From Minisyncoccota bacterium (GTDB lineage Bacteria > Patescibacteriota > Minisyncoccia > Phycocordibacterales > JAQTLZ01), in NCBI GenBank assembly GCA_028711065.1, contig JAQTSY010000001.1:86610-150609 (forward strand): a stretch of DNA of 64,000 nucleotides, read 5' to 3'. This document shows, one piece after another, positions 9,086 through 18,439 of this stretch. Both the position numbers and the translations under genes were made by a program. Position 1 is the first letter of the stretch. Every line of letters starts with the position of its first letter. Below the pieces are notes generated by a model, which was not told the origin of the DNA, ran no database searches, and was given only the letters and a program-made list of their open reading frames with translations.

Positions 9086-10429
9086 ATGGCAAAAGAAATT
9101 TTTCAAGATGTAATACCTCCAGGAAAAAGAAGTATTCGGCGTATTCCATTGAAGGGACAGAAAGTTCCACCACCACCCAAACCCACCCGTGAGAAGGAAC
9201 GACTCGTGGAGACGCCCCCTAAAAGAGAGGTGAGAAGGGAAGAACCTCCTGTGCCTTTCATGAAAGAGACGCATTACTCTTACGAGGCTAAAAGGCGCTT
9301 TCCGAAGGGGCTTCTTTGGGGAGTTGTTGGTATCGTCGTTCTTGCACTCCTTGTTTTTCTCCTAACAACTTTCTCCGCAAGCGCGAAGATTACAATTACT
9401 GCTCGGGAGGCCGACACTTCTCTTGATAGTGATTTCCTAGCGCAGCAAAATCCAAGCAAGGATGCTATCGCGTATCAAATTATTCCTGTTTCAGAAGATG
9501 CAAAAGAGATTGTGAAAGCAAGCGGAACGGAAGACGCTAAAAAGAAAGCATCCGGGACTGTTGTTCTCTACAACAACTTTTCTACTACCCCCCAGAAACT
9601 CATTCGAAATACCAGAATTGCTACCGCTGATGGTCTCATTTACAGAATTGATTCGTCTGTAACAATACCCGGAAAATCAACAGTTGCAGGAAAGTCGGTA
9701 CCTGGTTCAGCAACTGTGCTTGCATACGCAGATTCTGCGGGAGAAGAATATAATGTCGGACTTGTTGATTTCACCATTCCAGGATTTAAAGGGACCACAA
9801 AATACAAAGATTTCTACGGAAGATCCAAAACTCCTATGCAAGGGGGGCTGATTGGGAAAATAAATACTATAACTCTTCAAGAACGCTCCGATGCAATTAA
9901 AAGATTGCAGACGAAAGCGGTAGCAGAACTTATCTCGCAAGCAAATACTCAAAGACAAGATGGTGCTGTGATCTTTTCAAATTCATATACAACAGATTTC
10001 TCAAATCTTCCAGACAGGCAAGCAGAAGGGAATTCCATTGAGGTAGGAGTTCATGCGAATCTCAAAGCGATCGCATTTGACGAGGCTGCCCTTGGAGCTC
10101 TCATAGCAGAGAAAACAATAAAAGATTTTGATCAGAGTCCAGTTGTTGTCTTAAATATGGATAGTCTTGCTTACGAAGCCAAGAAGGCTGATCCGAAACA
10201 CCCATTTGATCCTGGGGCAATTCCATTTCACTTAAAAGGCCAGCCAAAAATCCAATGGATTTTCGATTCCGCAAAAATTAAATCTGACGTTGCAGGGAAG
10301 CCACGCGGCGATCTCCAAAATATCCTTGCAGCATACCACGGAATAGAAAAAGCCGAGGTAGTCGTCAAACCATTCTGGCTTCGTTCTTTCCCCTCTGATA
10401 CCTCAAAAATCGCTATCGAACAGCACTAA
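9086..10429 (+). CDS. membrane-anchored hypothetical protein
   Basis: Pro/Lys-rich N-terminus, a single TM helix ('LLWGVVGIVVLALLVFLL') and a large extracytoplasmic domain. Sits downstream of the FtsA-like gene. Confidence 0.5.
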   Translation: MAKEIFQDVIPPGKRSIRRIPLKGQKVPPPPKPTREKERLVETPPKREVRREEPPVPFMKETHYSYEAKRRFPKGLLWGVVGIVVLALLVFLLTTFSASAKITITAREADTSLDSDFLAQQNPSKDAIAYQIIPVSEDAKEIVKASGTEDAKKKASGTVVLYNNFSTTPQKLIRNTRIATADGLIYRIDSSVTIPGKSTVAGKSVPGSATVLAYADSAGEEYNVGLVDFTIPGFKGTTKYKDFYGRSKTPMQGGLIGKINTITLQERSDAIKRLQTKAVAELISQANTQRQDGAVIFSNSYTTDFSNLPDRQAEGNSIEVGVHANLKAIAFDEAALGALIAEKTIKDFDQSPVVVLNMDSLAYEAKKADPKHPFDPGAIPFHLKGQPKIQWIFDSAKIKSDVAGKPRGDLQNILAAYHGIEKAEVVVKPFWLRSFPSDTSKIAIEQH

Positions 10430-10519
10430 TTTTGGCCAAACGCCCGAAAAACCCCTTAGGGTGTTGACTTTTTGCCCATTCTTTTGCTAGTATTGTGAAG
10501 CTCAAAGTTTTAAAAGGAG

Positions 10520-10738
10520 ATGCAGAACCCACAACAGAGACCCGAATCCGTGCTCGGTATAGTTACCGAAGCACTTCCAAATGCTCTTTTTAAGGTCAAA
10601 ATTGAAGGGAAAGATGAGTTGCTCACGTACCTTTCAGGCAAAATGCGCCTGAATCGAATTCGAGTACTCATCGGCGACAAAGTAGAAGTTGAGCTCGAAC
10701 CTTACGGAGGAAAGGGAAGGATCATCAGACGTTTGTAA
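10520..10738 (+). CDS. infA: translation initiation factor IF-1
   Basis: 72-aa S1-like fold; '[23 protein letters not shown]' is diagnostic of IF-1. Confidence 0.9.
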   Translation: MQNPQQRPESVLGIVTEALPNALFKVKIEGKDELLTYLSGKMRLNRIRVLIGDKVEVELEPYGGKGRIIRRL

Positions 10739-10801
10739 AATTTAATGTCCGGTAGATTTGCCGGAGCAGAAACAGTTACATACTGTTTTTCTTGTATTTA
10801 A

Positions 10802-10918
10802 ATGAAGGTAAAATCATCAGTTAAAAAAATGTGTCCGCAATGCAAAGTAGTCCGACGAAAGGGCTATGTTTATGTCATTTGCAAAAGCGACCCGCGGCAC
10901 AAACAGCGACAAGGCTAA
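10802..10918 (+). CDS. rpmJ: 50S ribosomal protein L36
   Basis: 38-aa '[38 protein letters not shown]'. Below the ORF-track length cutoff; found by manual translation. Confidence 0.85.
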   Translation: MKVKSSVKKMCPQCKVVRRKGYVYVICKSDPRHKQRQG

Positions 10919-10939
10919 TTTTAATAAAAATTATTTATC

Positions 10940-11320
10940 ATGCGAATCGTAGGAATCACAATACCAGACAATAAGAGACTCGAAATCGGACTTACCTCCC
11001 TCTATGGTATTGCGCGCTCACGTGCTCAAAGCATTCTCGACGAAGCAAAGATCGAACACGGACGAAAAGCGAAAGATTTGAAACCTGAAGAAGAAAACGA
11101 GATCCGAAAGATCATCGAAAAGATGAAGATCGAAGGAGATTTGAAACGAGAAGTCGGCGCAAACATTAAGCGTTTGAAAGACATCAAAGCATACCGAGGA
11201 ATCCGACATCTTCGAAGCCTTCCATCACGAGGCCAGCGAACAAAGACCAATTCCCGAACACGACGAGGAAACGTACGAAAGACTATGGGTACCGGACGAC
11301 GAAAAGAAACAAAGACATAA
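10940..11320 (+). CDS. rpsM: 30S ribosomal protein S13
   Basis: 'MRIVGITIPDNKRLEIGLTSLYGIARSRA' and an Arg/Lys-rich C-terminus. Confidence 0.9.
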   Translation: MRIVGITIPDNKRLEIGLTSLYGIARSRAQSILDEAKIEHGRKAKDLKPEEENEIRKIIEKMKIEGDLKREVGANIKRLKDIKAYRGIRHLRSLPSRGQRTKTNSRTRRGNVRKTMGTGRRKETKT

Positions 11321-11330
11321 AATAATTTAA

Positions 11331-11765
11331 ATGGGAAAGAAAAGAATCACAACAGAAGCGGGAGCCAGTGGAAGTGCTGCGAAAACAGACGCTTCTTCGC
11401 GCGCTTCAACAAAAAAGAAGTACGACCGAGGAATTCTCCACGTTGAATCTACGTACAACAACACTAAGCTCCTCCTCACAGACGAGAAGGGAAATGCCCT
11501 CTGCGCTTCTTCATCCGGTTCTATCGGTTTTGCGGGTGCAAAGAAGGGAACTCCTTTCGCAGCTGCAAAGATCGGCGAAACCCTTGCAGCAAAGGCCGCA
11601 GTTTTGGGCATCAAAGAAGTATCTGTCGTTGTAAAAGGTGTCGGTTCAGGGCGAGAATCAGCGATCAGAGGATTTATTTCAAAAGGAATCAATTTGCTCG
11701 AAATTTCAGACCGAACACCGGTTCCGCATAACGGCCCAAAGCCTCCAAAACCTCGACGCGTATAA
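11331..11765 (+). CDS. rpsK: 30S ribosomal protein S11
   Basis: 'GILHVESTYNNTKLLLTDEKGNAL...SSGS' S11 signature. Confidence 0.9.
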   Translation: MGKKRITTEAGASGSAAKTDASSRASTKKKYDRGILHVESTYNNTKLLLTDEKGNALCASSSGSIGFAGAKKGTPFAAAKIGETLAAKAAVLGIKEVSVVVKGVGSGRESAIRGFISKGINLLEISDRTPVPHNGPKPPKPRRV

Positions 11766-11777
11766 TTTTTAATACCT

Positions 11778-12389
11778 ATGAAAATTGGACCACGATACAA
11801 AATAGCACGACGCCTCGGCGCTCCCATCTACGAAAAGACGCAGAATCCTAAATTTGCGATTCGAGAAGCTCGACGCGGAAGAAAGGAATACAAGCACCCA
11901 AAACAGCGCTCTGAATTCGGTATTCAGCTTATCGAAAAGCAGAAAGCTCGACTCACCTACGGAATGGGAGAAAGACAATTCGGCCGATACGTCGAAGAAT
12001 CAATGACAAAGAAAGGAGTAAAGCCTACGGAAGAGCTCTACACCATGCTTGAATCTCGACTCGACAATGTCGTCTATCGAATGGGACTTGCTCCGACACG
12101 AGCCGCTGCACGACAGATGGTAAACCACGGCCATATCAATTTGAATGGAAAAAGAGTTTCTATTCCTTCTGCGCAGACAAAGATTGGCGATGTTATCTCT
12201 ATCCGAGAGCGAAGCGTCAAGAAGCCTCTTTTTGGCCCGCTTGAAGAGAGACTCAAGACCTACACTTGCCCTTCATGGATCAAATTCGACAATGAAAAGA
12301 AGACTGGAACGATACAAGGAGCGCCAAAGGCAGAACCGATAAATACCGTGTTTAATCTGGCAATGGTACTGGAATTTTATAGCAGATAA
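11778..12389 (+). CDS. rpsD: 30S ribosomal protein S4
   Basis: 'RLDNVVYRMGLAPTRAAARQMVNHGHINLNGKRV' S4 domain. Confidence 0.9.
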   Translation: MKIGPRYKIARRLGAPIYEKTQNPKFAIREARRGRKEYKHPKQRSEFGIQLIEKQKARLTYGMGERQFGRYVEESMTKKGVKPTEELYTMLESRLDNVVYRMGLAPTRAAARQMVNHGHINLNGKRVSIPSAQTKIGDVISIRERSVKKPLFGPLEERLKTYTCPSWIKFDNEKKTGTIQGAPKAEPINTVFNLAMVLEFYSR

Positions 12390-12497
12390 TTAAACGGGGG
12401 AATGGTCGCTTTCCTCCAATACAATCCACATTTGCAAAATTGTCAAAAATAAGGTATATTTTTCAAGTCATTTTTTAACTTTTTAACCACAAAAACC

Positions 12498-13466
12498 ATG
12501 TTTGATCCAACAATCGTTCTTCCTTCAAAGCCAAAGATCATCTCCGAAAAAGAATTCGACGGAGTCTATGAAATAGACGGTTTTTATCCTGGATACGGAC
12601 ACACCATCGGCAACTCCCTCCGCCGAATCATCCTTTCGTCTCTCCCCGGCGCAGCCATCACCTCTGTGAAGATCAGCGGAGTAAGCCATGAATTTTCAAC
12701 TATCGCTGGCGTGAAGGAAGATGTTGTTACGATAATCCTCAATTTGAAACGAGTTCGGATCAAAATGCTCACCAACGAGCCTCAAACCCTTACCCTGAAA
12801 GTAAAAGGCGCGAAGGAAGTGACTGCAGAAGACATCAAAGCTTCCGGACAAGTTGAAATTTTGAACCCTGAACTTCACCTCGCAAGCATTACAGAAAAAA
12901 ATACCGAGCTTGAAATTGAGCTCAAGGTTGAAAAAGGTCTCGGATACATTCCAAAGGAAATTCTTATGAAAGAGCGAGTAGACATCGGAGCAATTACTCT
13001 TGATGCTATTTTCTCTCCCATCCGACGTGTAAACTACGAAGTAGAAAATATGCGAGTCGGCGACCGAACAGATTTCAACCGAATCAAGCTCTTCATTCAG
13101 ACTGACGGCACTATCACTCCAAAAGAAGCTCTCGAGAAATCGATCGAGATCATGATCCATCAATTGAAAGCCATCGTCGGCTTCAAGGAAGAAGAGGTGA
13201 AGAATGAAAAAGCTGATTCAAAAGAAGAGGCTGGAGCAGAAGGCAAGCCAAAGAAAGAGCTTGATGCAGAATTCTTGAAGACTCGAATCGAAACTTTGAA
13301 TCTCTCTCCTCGTACCCTCAACGCTCTCGCAAGCGCAAACATCCGAACTGTCGGAGGCCTTGTACGAAAGAAAGAAGAGGATATTTTGGATATCGACGGT
13401 CTTGGCAACAAGGGCGTTCAGGAGATCAAGAAAGCTTTGAGTAATTTCGGAATCGCGCTTAAATAA
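12498..13466 (+). CDS. rpoA: DNA-directed RNA polymerase subunit alpha
   Basis: 'GYGHTIGNSLRRILLSS' N-terminal domain and a C-terminal alphaCTD region. Confidence 0.9.
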   Translation: MFDPTIVLPSKPKIISEKEFDGVYEIDGFYPGYGHTIGNSLRRIILSSLPGAAITSVKISGVSHEFSTIAGVKEDVVTIILNLKRVRIKMLTNEPQTLTLKVKGAKEVTAEDIKASGQVEILNPELHLASITEKNTELEIELKVEKGLGYIPKEILMKERVDIGAITLDAIFSPIRRVNYEVENMRVGDRTDFNRIKLFIQTDGTITPKEALEKSIEIMIHQLKAIVGFKEEEVKNEKADSKEEAGAEGKPKKELDAEFLKTRIETLNLSPRTLNALASANIRTVGGLVRKKEEDILDIDGLGNKGVQEIKKALSNFGIALK

Positions 13467-13476
13467 TTACACTTCG

Positions 13477-13827
13477 ATGCGTCACCATAATTCAAACAGA
13501 AAATTCGGACGAGAAACAGATCAGAGACGAGCTCTCATGCGATCTTTGGCGTATTCTCTCATCAAGCACGGCCACATCACTACAACCGAAGCAAAAGCAA
13601 AGGAACTCCGACCATACATGGAGAAGCTTGTTACCGCGTCTCGAGTAGACAACCGCGAAGCAATCCGACTTGTACAAGCAAAGCTTCCTATGAAATCCGC
13701 TGTAAACACGCTTTTCAAAACCATTTCACCAAAGTATAAAGATCGAAAAGGAGGCTACACACGAATCGTCAAGCTCCCACAGCGACTAAGCGACGGTGCG
13801 CGAATGGCAATGATCGCATTTGTATAA
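13477..13827 (+). CDS. rplQ: 50S ribosomal protein L17
   Basis: 'MRHHNSNRKFGRETDQRRALMRSLA...TTTEAKAKELRP'. Confidence 0.9.
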   Translation: MRHHNSNRKFGRETDQRRALMRSLAYSLIKHGHITTTEAKAKELRPYMEKLVTASRVDNREAIRLVQAKLPMKSAVNTLFKTISPKYKDRKGGYTRIVKLPQRLSDGARMAMIAFV

Positions 13828-13835
13828 ACACCATC

Positions 13836-14180
13836 ATGAAATACACAATTGACGCAACAAATCAGAAACTCGGCCGACTTGCTAGTAAGACAGCGAGCCT
13901 TCTTATGGGCAAGAACGAAGCGAGCTACACAAAGAACGCAATGCCTGAAGTGAAAGTGGAAATCACCAACGCTTCAAAAGTTTCTGTTACCGAGAAAAAG
14001 CTTACAGAAAAGATCTACAAGCAGTATTCCGGCTATCCGGGAGGTTTGAAATCAAAGAGTATGAAGCAGGTTGTCGCAAAGCTCGGCCATCAAGAAATTA
14101 TTTCTGACGCAGTCTACGGAATGCTTCCAAAGAACAAGCTCCAGAGAAAAATGATGAAGAACCTAACTATCACCGCATAA
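13836..14180 (+). CDS. rplM: 50S ribosomal protein L13
   Basis: 'GRLASKTASLLMGK...YSGYPGG' L13 pattern. Confidence 0.85.
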   Translation: MKYTIDATNQKLGRLASKTASLLMGKNEASYTKNAMPEVKVEITNASKVSVTEKKLTEKIYKQYSGYPGGLKSKSMKQVVAKLGHQEIISDAVYGMLPKNKLQRKMMKNLTITA

Positions 14181-14185
14181 ACAAA

Positions 14186-14599
14186 ATGACACCAACAGAT
14201 ACAAAAGAAGGACGATATATTGAATGCGTAGGACGACGAAAGACCGCGATTGCGCGAGTGCGAATGACTCCGTCTGCAAAAGGTTCTTTCACCGTAAACA
14301 ACAAAGATCTTCAGAGCTACTTTGGAACAAACGAGCTCCGCGTGTCAGTCATGAATCCGCTCACAGAAGCAAAGCTCGCAGGTAAATTCAAAATTACAGC
14401 AATGGTCAAAGGTGGGGGAATCACCGGTCAAGCAGAAGCGCTCCGACACGGAGTAGCCCGAGCACTCGTAGAACACGATGCAGAACTGCGAAAATCAATG
14501 AAAAAACTCGGTTTCCTAAAACGAGATCCAAGAGCAAAAGAAAGACGAAAATTCGGATTGAAAAAGGCCCGCAAATCTCCACAGTGGTCGAAGAGATAA
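14186..14599 (+). CDS. rpsI: 30S ribosomal protein S9
   Basis: 'GRRKTAIARV' and a C-terminal 'RDPRAKERRKFGLKKARKSPQWSKR'. Confidence 0.9.
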   Translation: MTPTDTKEGRYIECVGRRKTAIARVRMTPSAKGSFTVNNKDLQSYFGTNELRVSVMNPLTEAKLAGKFKITAMVKGGGITGQAEALRHGVARALVEHDAELRKSMKKLGFLKRDPRAKERRKFGLKKARKSPQWSKR

Positions 14600-14605
14600 C
14601 AAACA

Positions 14606-14632
14606 AAGCCCCCCTGCGGGGCTTTTTTGTAT
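14606..14632 (+). terminator. intrinsic terminator of the ribosomal-protein operon
   Basis: 'aagcccccctgcggggcttttttgt'. Confidence 0.7.
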
Positions 14633-14777
14633 CTCTTTGACGGCCGGAGCGATGTTTCGTCAGTAGGCGAAACCGCGAGGCGGGCTCGCGAGTACTTACG
14701 TCCGCGCAACCTTGCGAAGACAAGGTGAGCAGACTTAGTAACTTGTGAGGTAAACGATAATTCTGTATCCTATCTGC

Positions 14778-15014
14778 ATGAAGTTGAAATTCTCCGTACA
14801 TTTCAAATTCCGTCTTGCAGAACGAGGTATCGACATAGATTATATAAAACGAGTAATACAGAGCCCTGACCAGACGTCTCATTCTCTAGAAGGACAGACA
14901 GTGGCTATTAAGGCTATATCGAGCAGAAAATTGAAGGTTGTTTATGCGAGAAAACTCGATAGAAAAGGAAGTATTGAATATATAATCATTTCAGCGTATT
15001 ATTTAGATAAATAG
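14778..15014 (+). CDS. DUF4258-family putative toxin
   Basis: 78 aa with 'HFKFRLAERGIDIDYIKRVI' resembling DUF4258. Separated by 1 nt from the downstream DUF2283 gene. Confidence 0.5.
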   Translation: MKLKFSVHFKFRLAERGIDIDYIKRVIQSPDQTSHSLEGQTVAIKAISSRKLKVVYARKLDRKGSIEYIIISAYYLDK

Positions 15015-15015
15015 G

Positions 15016-15240
15016 ATGAAAATAACATACGACAAATTAGCTGATGCAATGTATATCTATTTCCGAAAGGGAAAGATAAAAAAGACTGTTGAAATGAACA
15101 GGAATTTTATTGCTGATATGGATACAAAGGGTAATGTTTTAGGATTAGAAATTCTCAATGCGTCTTCACAGTTGCCTAAAAATCAGATTGCAAAAAGTAT
15201 TAAAACTGGGATTCCTCTTGTTCCAGCATTGGCGAGATAG
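15016..15240 (+). CDS. DUF2283-family putative antitoxin
   Basis: 'MKITYDKLADAMYIYF' is the characteristic DUF2283 N-terminus. 74 aa. Confidence 0.6.
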   Translation: MKITYDKLADAMYIYFRKGKIKKTVEMNRNFIADMDTKGNVLGLEILNASSQLPKNQIAKSIKTGIPLVPALAR

Positions 15241-15352
15241 TTTGTTTTAGTAAATTAAAGGTACCTGACCCCTTTATCCTTTATCTTTGGGAAAGATTGA
15301 AATTAGCATAACTAGCAAGGATCGTCTTTACCAAAGTAAAGAGAAAACATTT

Positions 15353-16060
15353 ATGAAACTCCATATCGTCATGCATGAAAGTTTTGAATCGCCAGCGGCG
15401 ATCGAAAACTGGGCCAAGAAAAAAGGCAGCGACATCACGTACACAAGACTGTATGCAGGAGACACATTTCCAGAAAAATTGGATTTTGATTTTCTAGTAG
15501 TGATGGGCGGGCCACAATCTCCGCACACCACGCTTGAAGAATGTCCGCATTTTGATGCAAAGAGAGAACTCGCTTTTATAAAGAAAACTATCGACAAGAA
15601 AAAGATCGTATTGGGGGTGTGTCTTGGAGCCCAATTTATTGGAGAAGCTTTTGGTGCTAGAGTAGAACATAGTCCAACCAGAGAAATTGGAATTTTTCCG
15701 ATTACACTTACCGAAGAGGGAAAGAAGGACCCGATATTTTCCAAATTTCCCGAAACATTCTCAATCGGCCATTGGCACGGAGATATGCCCGGACTCACGG
15801 CAAAATCGAAAGTGCTTGCGACAAGCAAGGGCTGTCCGAGGCAGATAGTCCACTACGCGCCTAAGGTTTATGGCTTTCAGTGTCATTTTGAGTTTACGCC
15901 CGAGGCTATGGAGGGAATGATAGAAAATAACTCGGAAGAACTCAAGAAATACAAAGGACTGCCATACATAGAAACAGCCGAACAACTACGCACGCATGAT
16001 TATACGGAAATGAACAAACTCCTGTTCGGCTTTTTGGATAAAATAACTAATCAAAATTAA
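15353..16060 (+). CDS. class I glutamine amidotransferase-like protein
   Basis: 'LVVMGGPQS', nucleophile elbow 'GVCLGAQ' and 'HF' GATase1 motifs. Start taken at MKLHIVMHE. Confidence 0.65.
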   Translation: MKLHIVMHESFESPAAIENWAKKKGSDITYTRLYAGDTFPEKLDFDFLVVMGGPQSPHTTLEECPHFDAKRELAFIKKTIDKKKIVLGVCLGAQFIGEAFGARVEHSPTREIGIFPITLTEEGKKDPIFSKFPETFSIGHWHGDMPGLTAKSKVLATSKGCPRQIVHYAPKVYGFQCHFEFTPEAMEGMIENNSEELKKYKGLPYIETAEQLRTHDYTEMNKLLFGFLDKITNQN

Positions 16061-16139
16061 GAACTGGCAAGGACTTTCCTTACTACTTGCCAAAACAAAA
16101 AAATCGCCAAATTAGGGATTTTTTGTTATATTTACTGAC

Positions 16140-16709
16140 ATGGAAAATTCTACAATCAGGTCAGTAAAAAAACCATTTTACAAAAGATGGTGGTTTTGGG
16201 CTGTCATTATCATTATAATCTACATTTTTTTTAGCTTTTTTCACACAATATATCCGTATGAAAGTATAGATGGTTCAATAAATTACAACCTCAGTGATGC
16301 AAATTTCAATTTGAAGCAAGCAACACCAACATTTAATTTGAAGATGGGTGTTCTTACGCAGCATAAAATTGTTTTCTTGGGTAAACTTGAAGATGCGGGA
16401 GGAAGTCTTTGGAGCGGTTTTTTATACAAGCCAGTCGTATACGCAACTATCAGTGATTCCTATGTAATCGAGTCTAAAGATTGCGAACTCAATTATCTGG
16501 GTAACGCTAATTCATTGCGAGTAGATGCTCCTACCAGTGAATCTTTATACCAATTGAAATGTTCTGACGTAGAACCCCAAGATAAATACGTAAAAGATAC
16601 TTACTATAGCAATCAGCTTTCCTCAGAAGAAGTAGATGCTCTTTCAAAAAACGGATACCAAATGCCCACAAAAGATGCTCCAACAGTGAAAATTACTCCG
16701 AGGATTTAG
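16140..16709 (+). CDS. membrane-anchored hypothetical protein
   Basis: N-terminal TM helix 'WWFWAVIIIIIYIFF'. AT-rich; no motifs. Confidence 0.4.
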   Translation: MENSTIRSVKKPFYKRWWFWAVIIIIIYIFFSFFHTIYPYESIDGSINYNLSDANFNLKQATPTFNLKMGVLTQHKIVFLGKLEDAGGSLWSGFLYKPVVYATISDSYVIESKDCELNYLGNANSLRVDAPTSESLYQLKCSDVEPQDKYVKDTYYSNQLSSEEVDALSKNGYQMPTKDAPTVKITPRI

Positions 16710-16766
16710 ATTAATTTTTCTTATCTCAAAAATCTGCTATAATGCTGTTTCAAACAGTAATTTTCT

Positions 16767-17348
16767 ATGAATACCGACGACCAAAATACAAAAAAAGAGC
16801 CTGAAATCGAGGTTGAAAAGGACGATGTCGTCATCGAAAACATCGAAGAAGGGGAGAATCCTGCCGCTGCTTTGAAAAAGCTTCGGGAAAAGCTCAAGAC
16901 CGCTGTGGCTGAAAAACAACAGTATCTCGATGGCTGGCAGAGGACACAGGCTGACTTTTCCAATTACAAAAAGCGGGAGAAAGAGGAGCGGGAAAATCTT
17001 ATCAAATTTTCAAACGAGCAAATCATCCTCGACCTCATTCCTGCACTCGACAGCTTCGATATGGCAATGGCGAATAAAGAGGCTTGGAATGCTGCACCAG
17101 AGAACTGGCGAAAAGGCGTAGAGTATATATACTCGCAAATACTTTCCGTACTCGAGGGATACGGCGTGAAGCAGGTCAATCCGATAGGCGAGGAGTACAA
17201 TCACCTTCATCACGAGCCGTCTGTCATGACGCCAGTTGAAGAGGGAGAGAAAGATGGCAAAATTATTGCAGTGCTTCAGAAGGGATATTTGCTGAATGGA
17301 AAGGTGATTCGACCTTCAAAAGTGAACGTGGGGGAATTGAAGAAATAA
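16767..17348 (+). CDS. grpE: nucleotide exchange factor GrpE
   Basis: Coiled-coil N-terminus and GrpE C-terminal beta domain ('QGYLLNGKVIRPSKVNV'). An extended -10 'TGcTATAAT' lies at about 16727. Confidence 0.85.
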   Translation: MNTDDQNTKKEPEIEVEKDDVVIENIEEGENPAAALKKLREKLKTAVAEKQQYLDGWQRTQADFSNYKKREKEERENLIKFSNEQIILDLIPALDSFDMAMANKEAWNAAPENWRKGVEYIYSQILSVLEGYGVKQVNPIGEEYNHLHHEPSVMTPVEEGEKDGKIIAVLQKGYLLNGKVIRPSKVNVGELKK

Positions 17349-17355
17349 TAAATTT

Positions 17356-17949
17356 ATGAAAAAACAAATTTCTTTACTTTTAATCGGTGTGGTTGTAATC
17401 ATTCTGTTGAGTCTTGTCCCCTCCAATAAAAATGGAAGCACAAAAATTTCTTCTGAAACTCCATACTCTTCTCCTGCAATATTGGAAGAAAAAGTACCGG
17501 GGACAGAAAGCTGGAAAACCTACAAAAATGATACATATGGGTTTGAGTTTAAATATCCCGCAGAATTTGGAGACCCAAATCCTCATCAATTTGGCGACCC
17601 GAAAGAATTCCCAGTAGATACTTTGAAGAGTTGCGTTCACTCAGAATACTCGGACATGGGTCTGGTATCTTTTAAAAACATCGATGTTGGTCTTGCCTGT
17701 CCCGGTGTTCTGGAGAATAGATATAAAGGCGGAAAGGAATTTTTTCTTGTGGATGGTAAAACAGCTTATCTTTTTGATTACATATCTCCTGTAGGCTTTT
17801 CAAACAAAGAAGCATACATACCACTTTCAAACGGTGCCTACTACTTATCAATTGTCCATACGACGTATGAAGGAGGTCGCCCTGAAAAATATTTAGAATT
17901 GTCAAACGATGAATTCAGAAAAATTCTTTCCACTCTCAAATTCAAATAG
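17356..17949 (+). CDS. hypothetical secreted/membrane-anchored protein
   Basis: Signal/TM segment 'LLLIGVVVIILLSLV'. Inserted between grpE and dnaK. Confidence 0.45.
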   Translation: MKKQISLLLIGVVVIILLSLVPSNKNGSTKISSETPYSSPAILEEKVPGTESWKTYKNDTYGFEFKYPAEFGDPNPHQFGDPKEFPVDTLKSCVHSEYSDMGLVSFKNIDVGLACPGVLENRYKGGKEFFLVDGKTAYLFDYISPVGFSNKEAYIPLSNGAYYLSIVHTTYEGGRPEKYLELSNDEFRKILSTLKFK

Positions 17950-17954
17950 AAAAA

Positions 17955-18287
17955 ATGAAAACAATACAGCAAAAAAATAATCATATAGTTAAATTCTTCA
18001 CTGTCGACAAGGGAACGTCGGTGGTGATTTATGCTGTCGCTTTTCGCAAAGAGGGGAGCGAGCTTATTGCCGTTTCTGAACCTCGGATTGTACGAATCAT
18101 TGCAAAGGAACAGACGGTGCTCAAAGGGGAGGTTTCGAGCGGAAATTTTTCCTTGCCAGGAAAAATTTCCGCTTCCGTCCGACGACTTACGAAAACCCTT
18201 CCCGTCCTTTCACCATTTTTTAATACCTCAATTTTTCAAACTGGAATGATCGCGCAAATCGGCGCAAGACCTCCGTGCTTGCAATAA
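17955..18287 (+). CDS. hypothetical protein
   Basis: 110-aa ORF with no motifs, between grpE and dnaK. Confidence 0.35.
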   Translation: MKTIQQKNNHIVKFFTVDKGTSVVIYAVAFRKEGSELIAVSEPRIVRIIAKEQTVLKGEVSSGNFSLPGKISASVRRLTKTLPVLSPFFNTSIFQTGMIAQIGARPPCLQ

Positions 18288-18301
18288 GCGCGATAAATCC
18301 G

Positions 18302-18402
18302 AAGCACTAAATTTCGAAATCCGAAAAAAGCATTAATTTTAAAAATTTTAGATATTTGAATTTAGATATTGTTTCGGATTTCGATATTCGAATTTCGTGC
18401 TT
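18302..18402. promoter_or_regulatory. long-range imperfect inverted repeat with CIRCE-like half-sites upstream of dnaK
   Basis: Arm 1 'aagcactaaatttcgaaatccgaaa' and arm 2 'tttcggatttcgatattcgaatttcgtgctt' are reverse complements. The AGCACT/GTGCT cores resemble the CIRCE consensus TTAGCACTC-N9-GAGTGCTAA, but the spacer is about 45 nt. The direct repeat 'tttagatatt' occurs twice in between. Confidence 0.4.
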
Positions 18403-18439
18403 ATTTAAACTTATTAATTTCTAACTTGAAAACAAACAT

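Noticed and set aside
14421-14882. Minus-strand ORFs (153 aa and 93 aa) spanning the rpsI 3' end and terminator
   Set aside because: They overlap a well-supported ribosomal protein gene and its terminator. Arg-rich low-complexity translation typical of a GC-rich antisense frame.
18296-18410. Canonical CIRCE (HrcA) operator upstream of dnaK
   Set aside because: No TTAGCACTC-N9-GAGTGCTAA with 9-nt spacing was found. Only the long-range repeat is reported.
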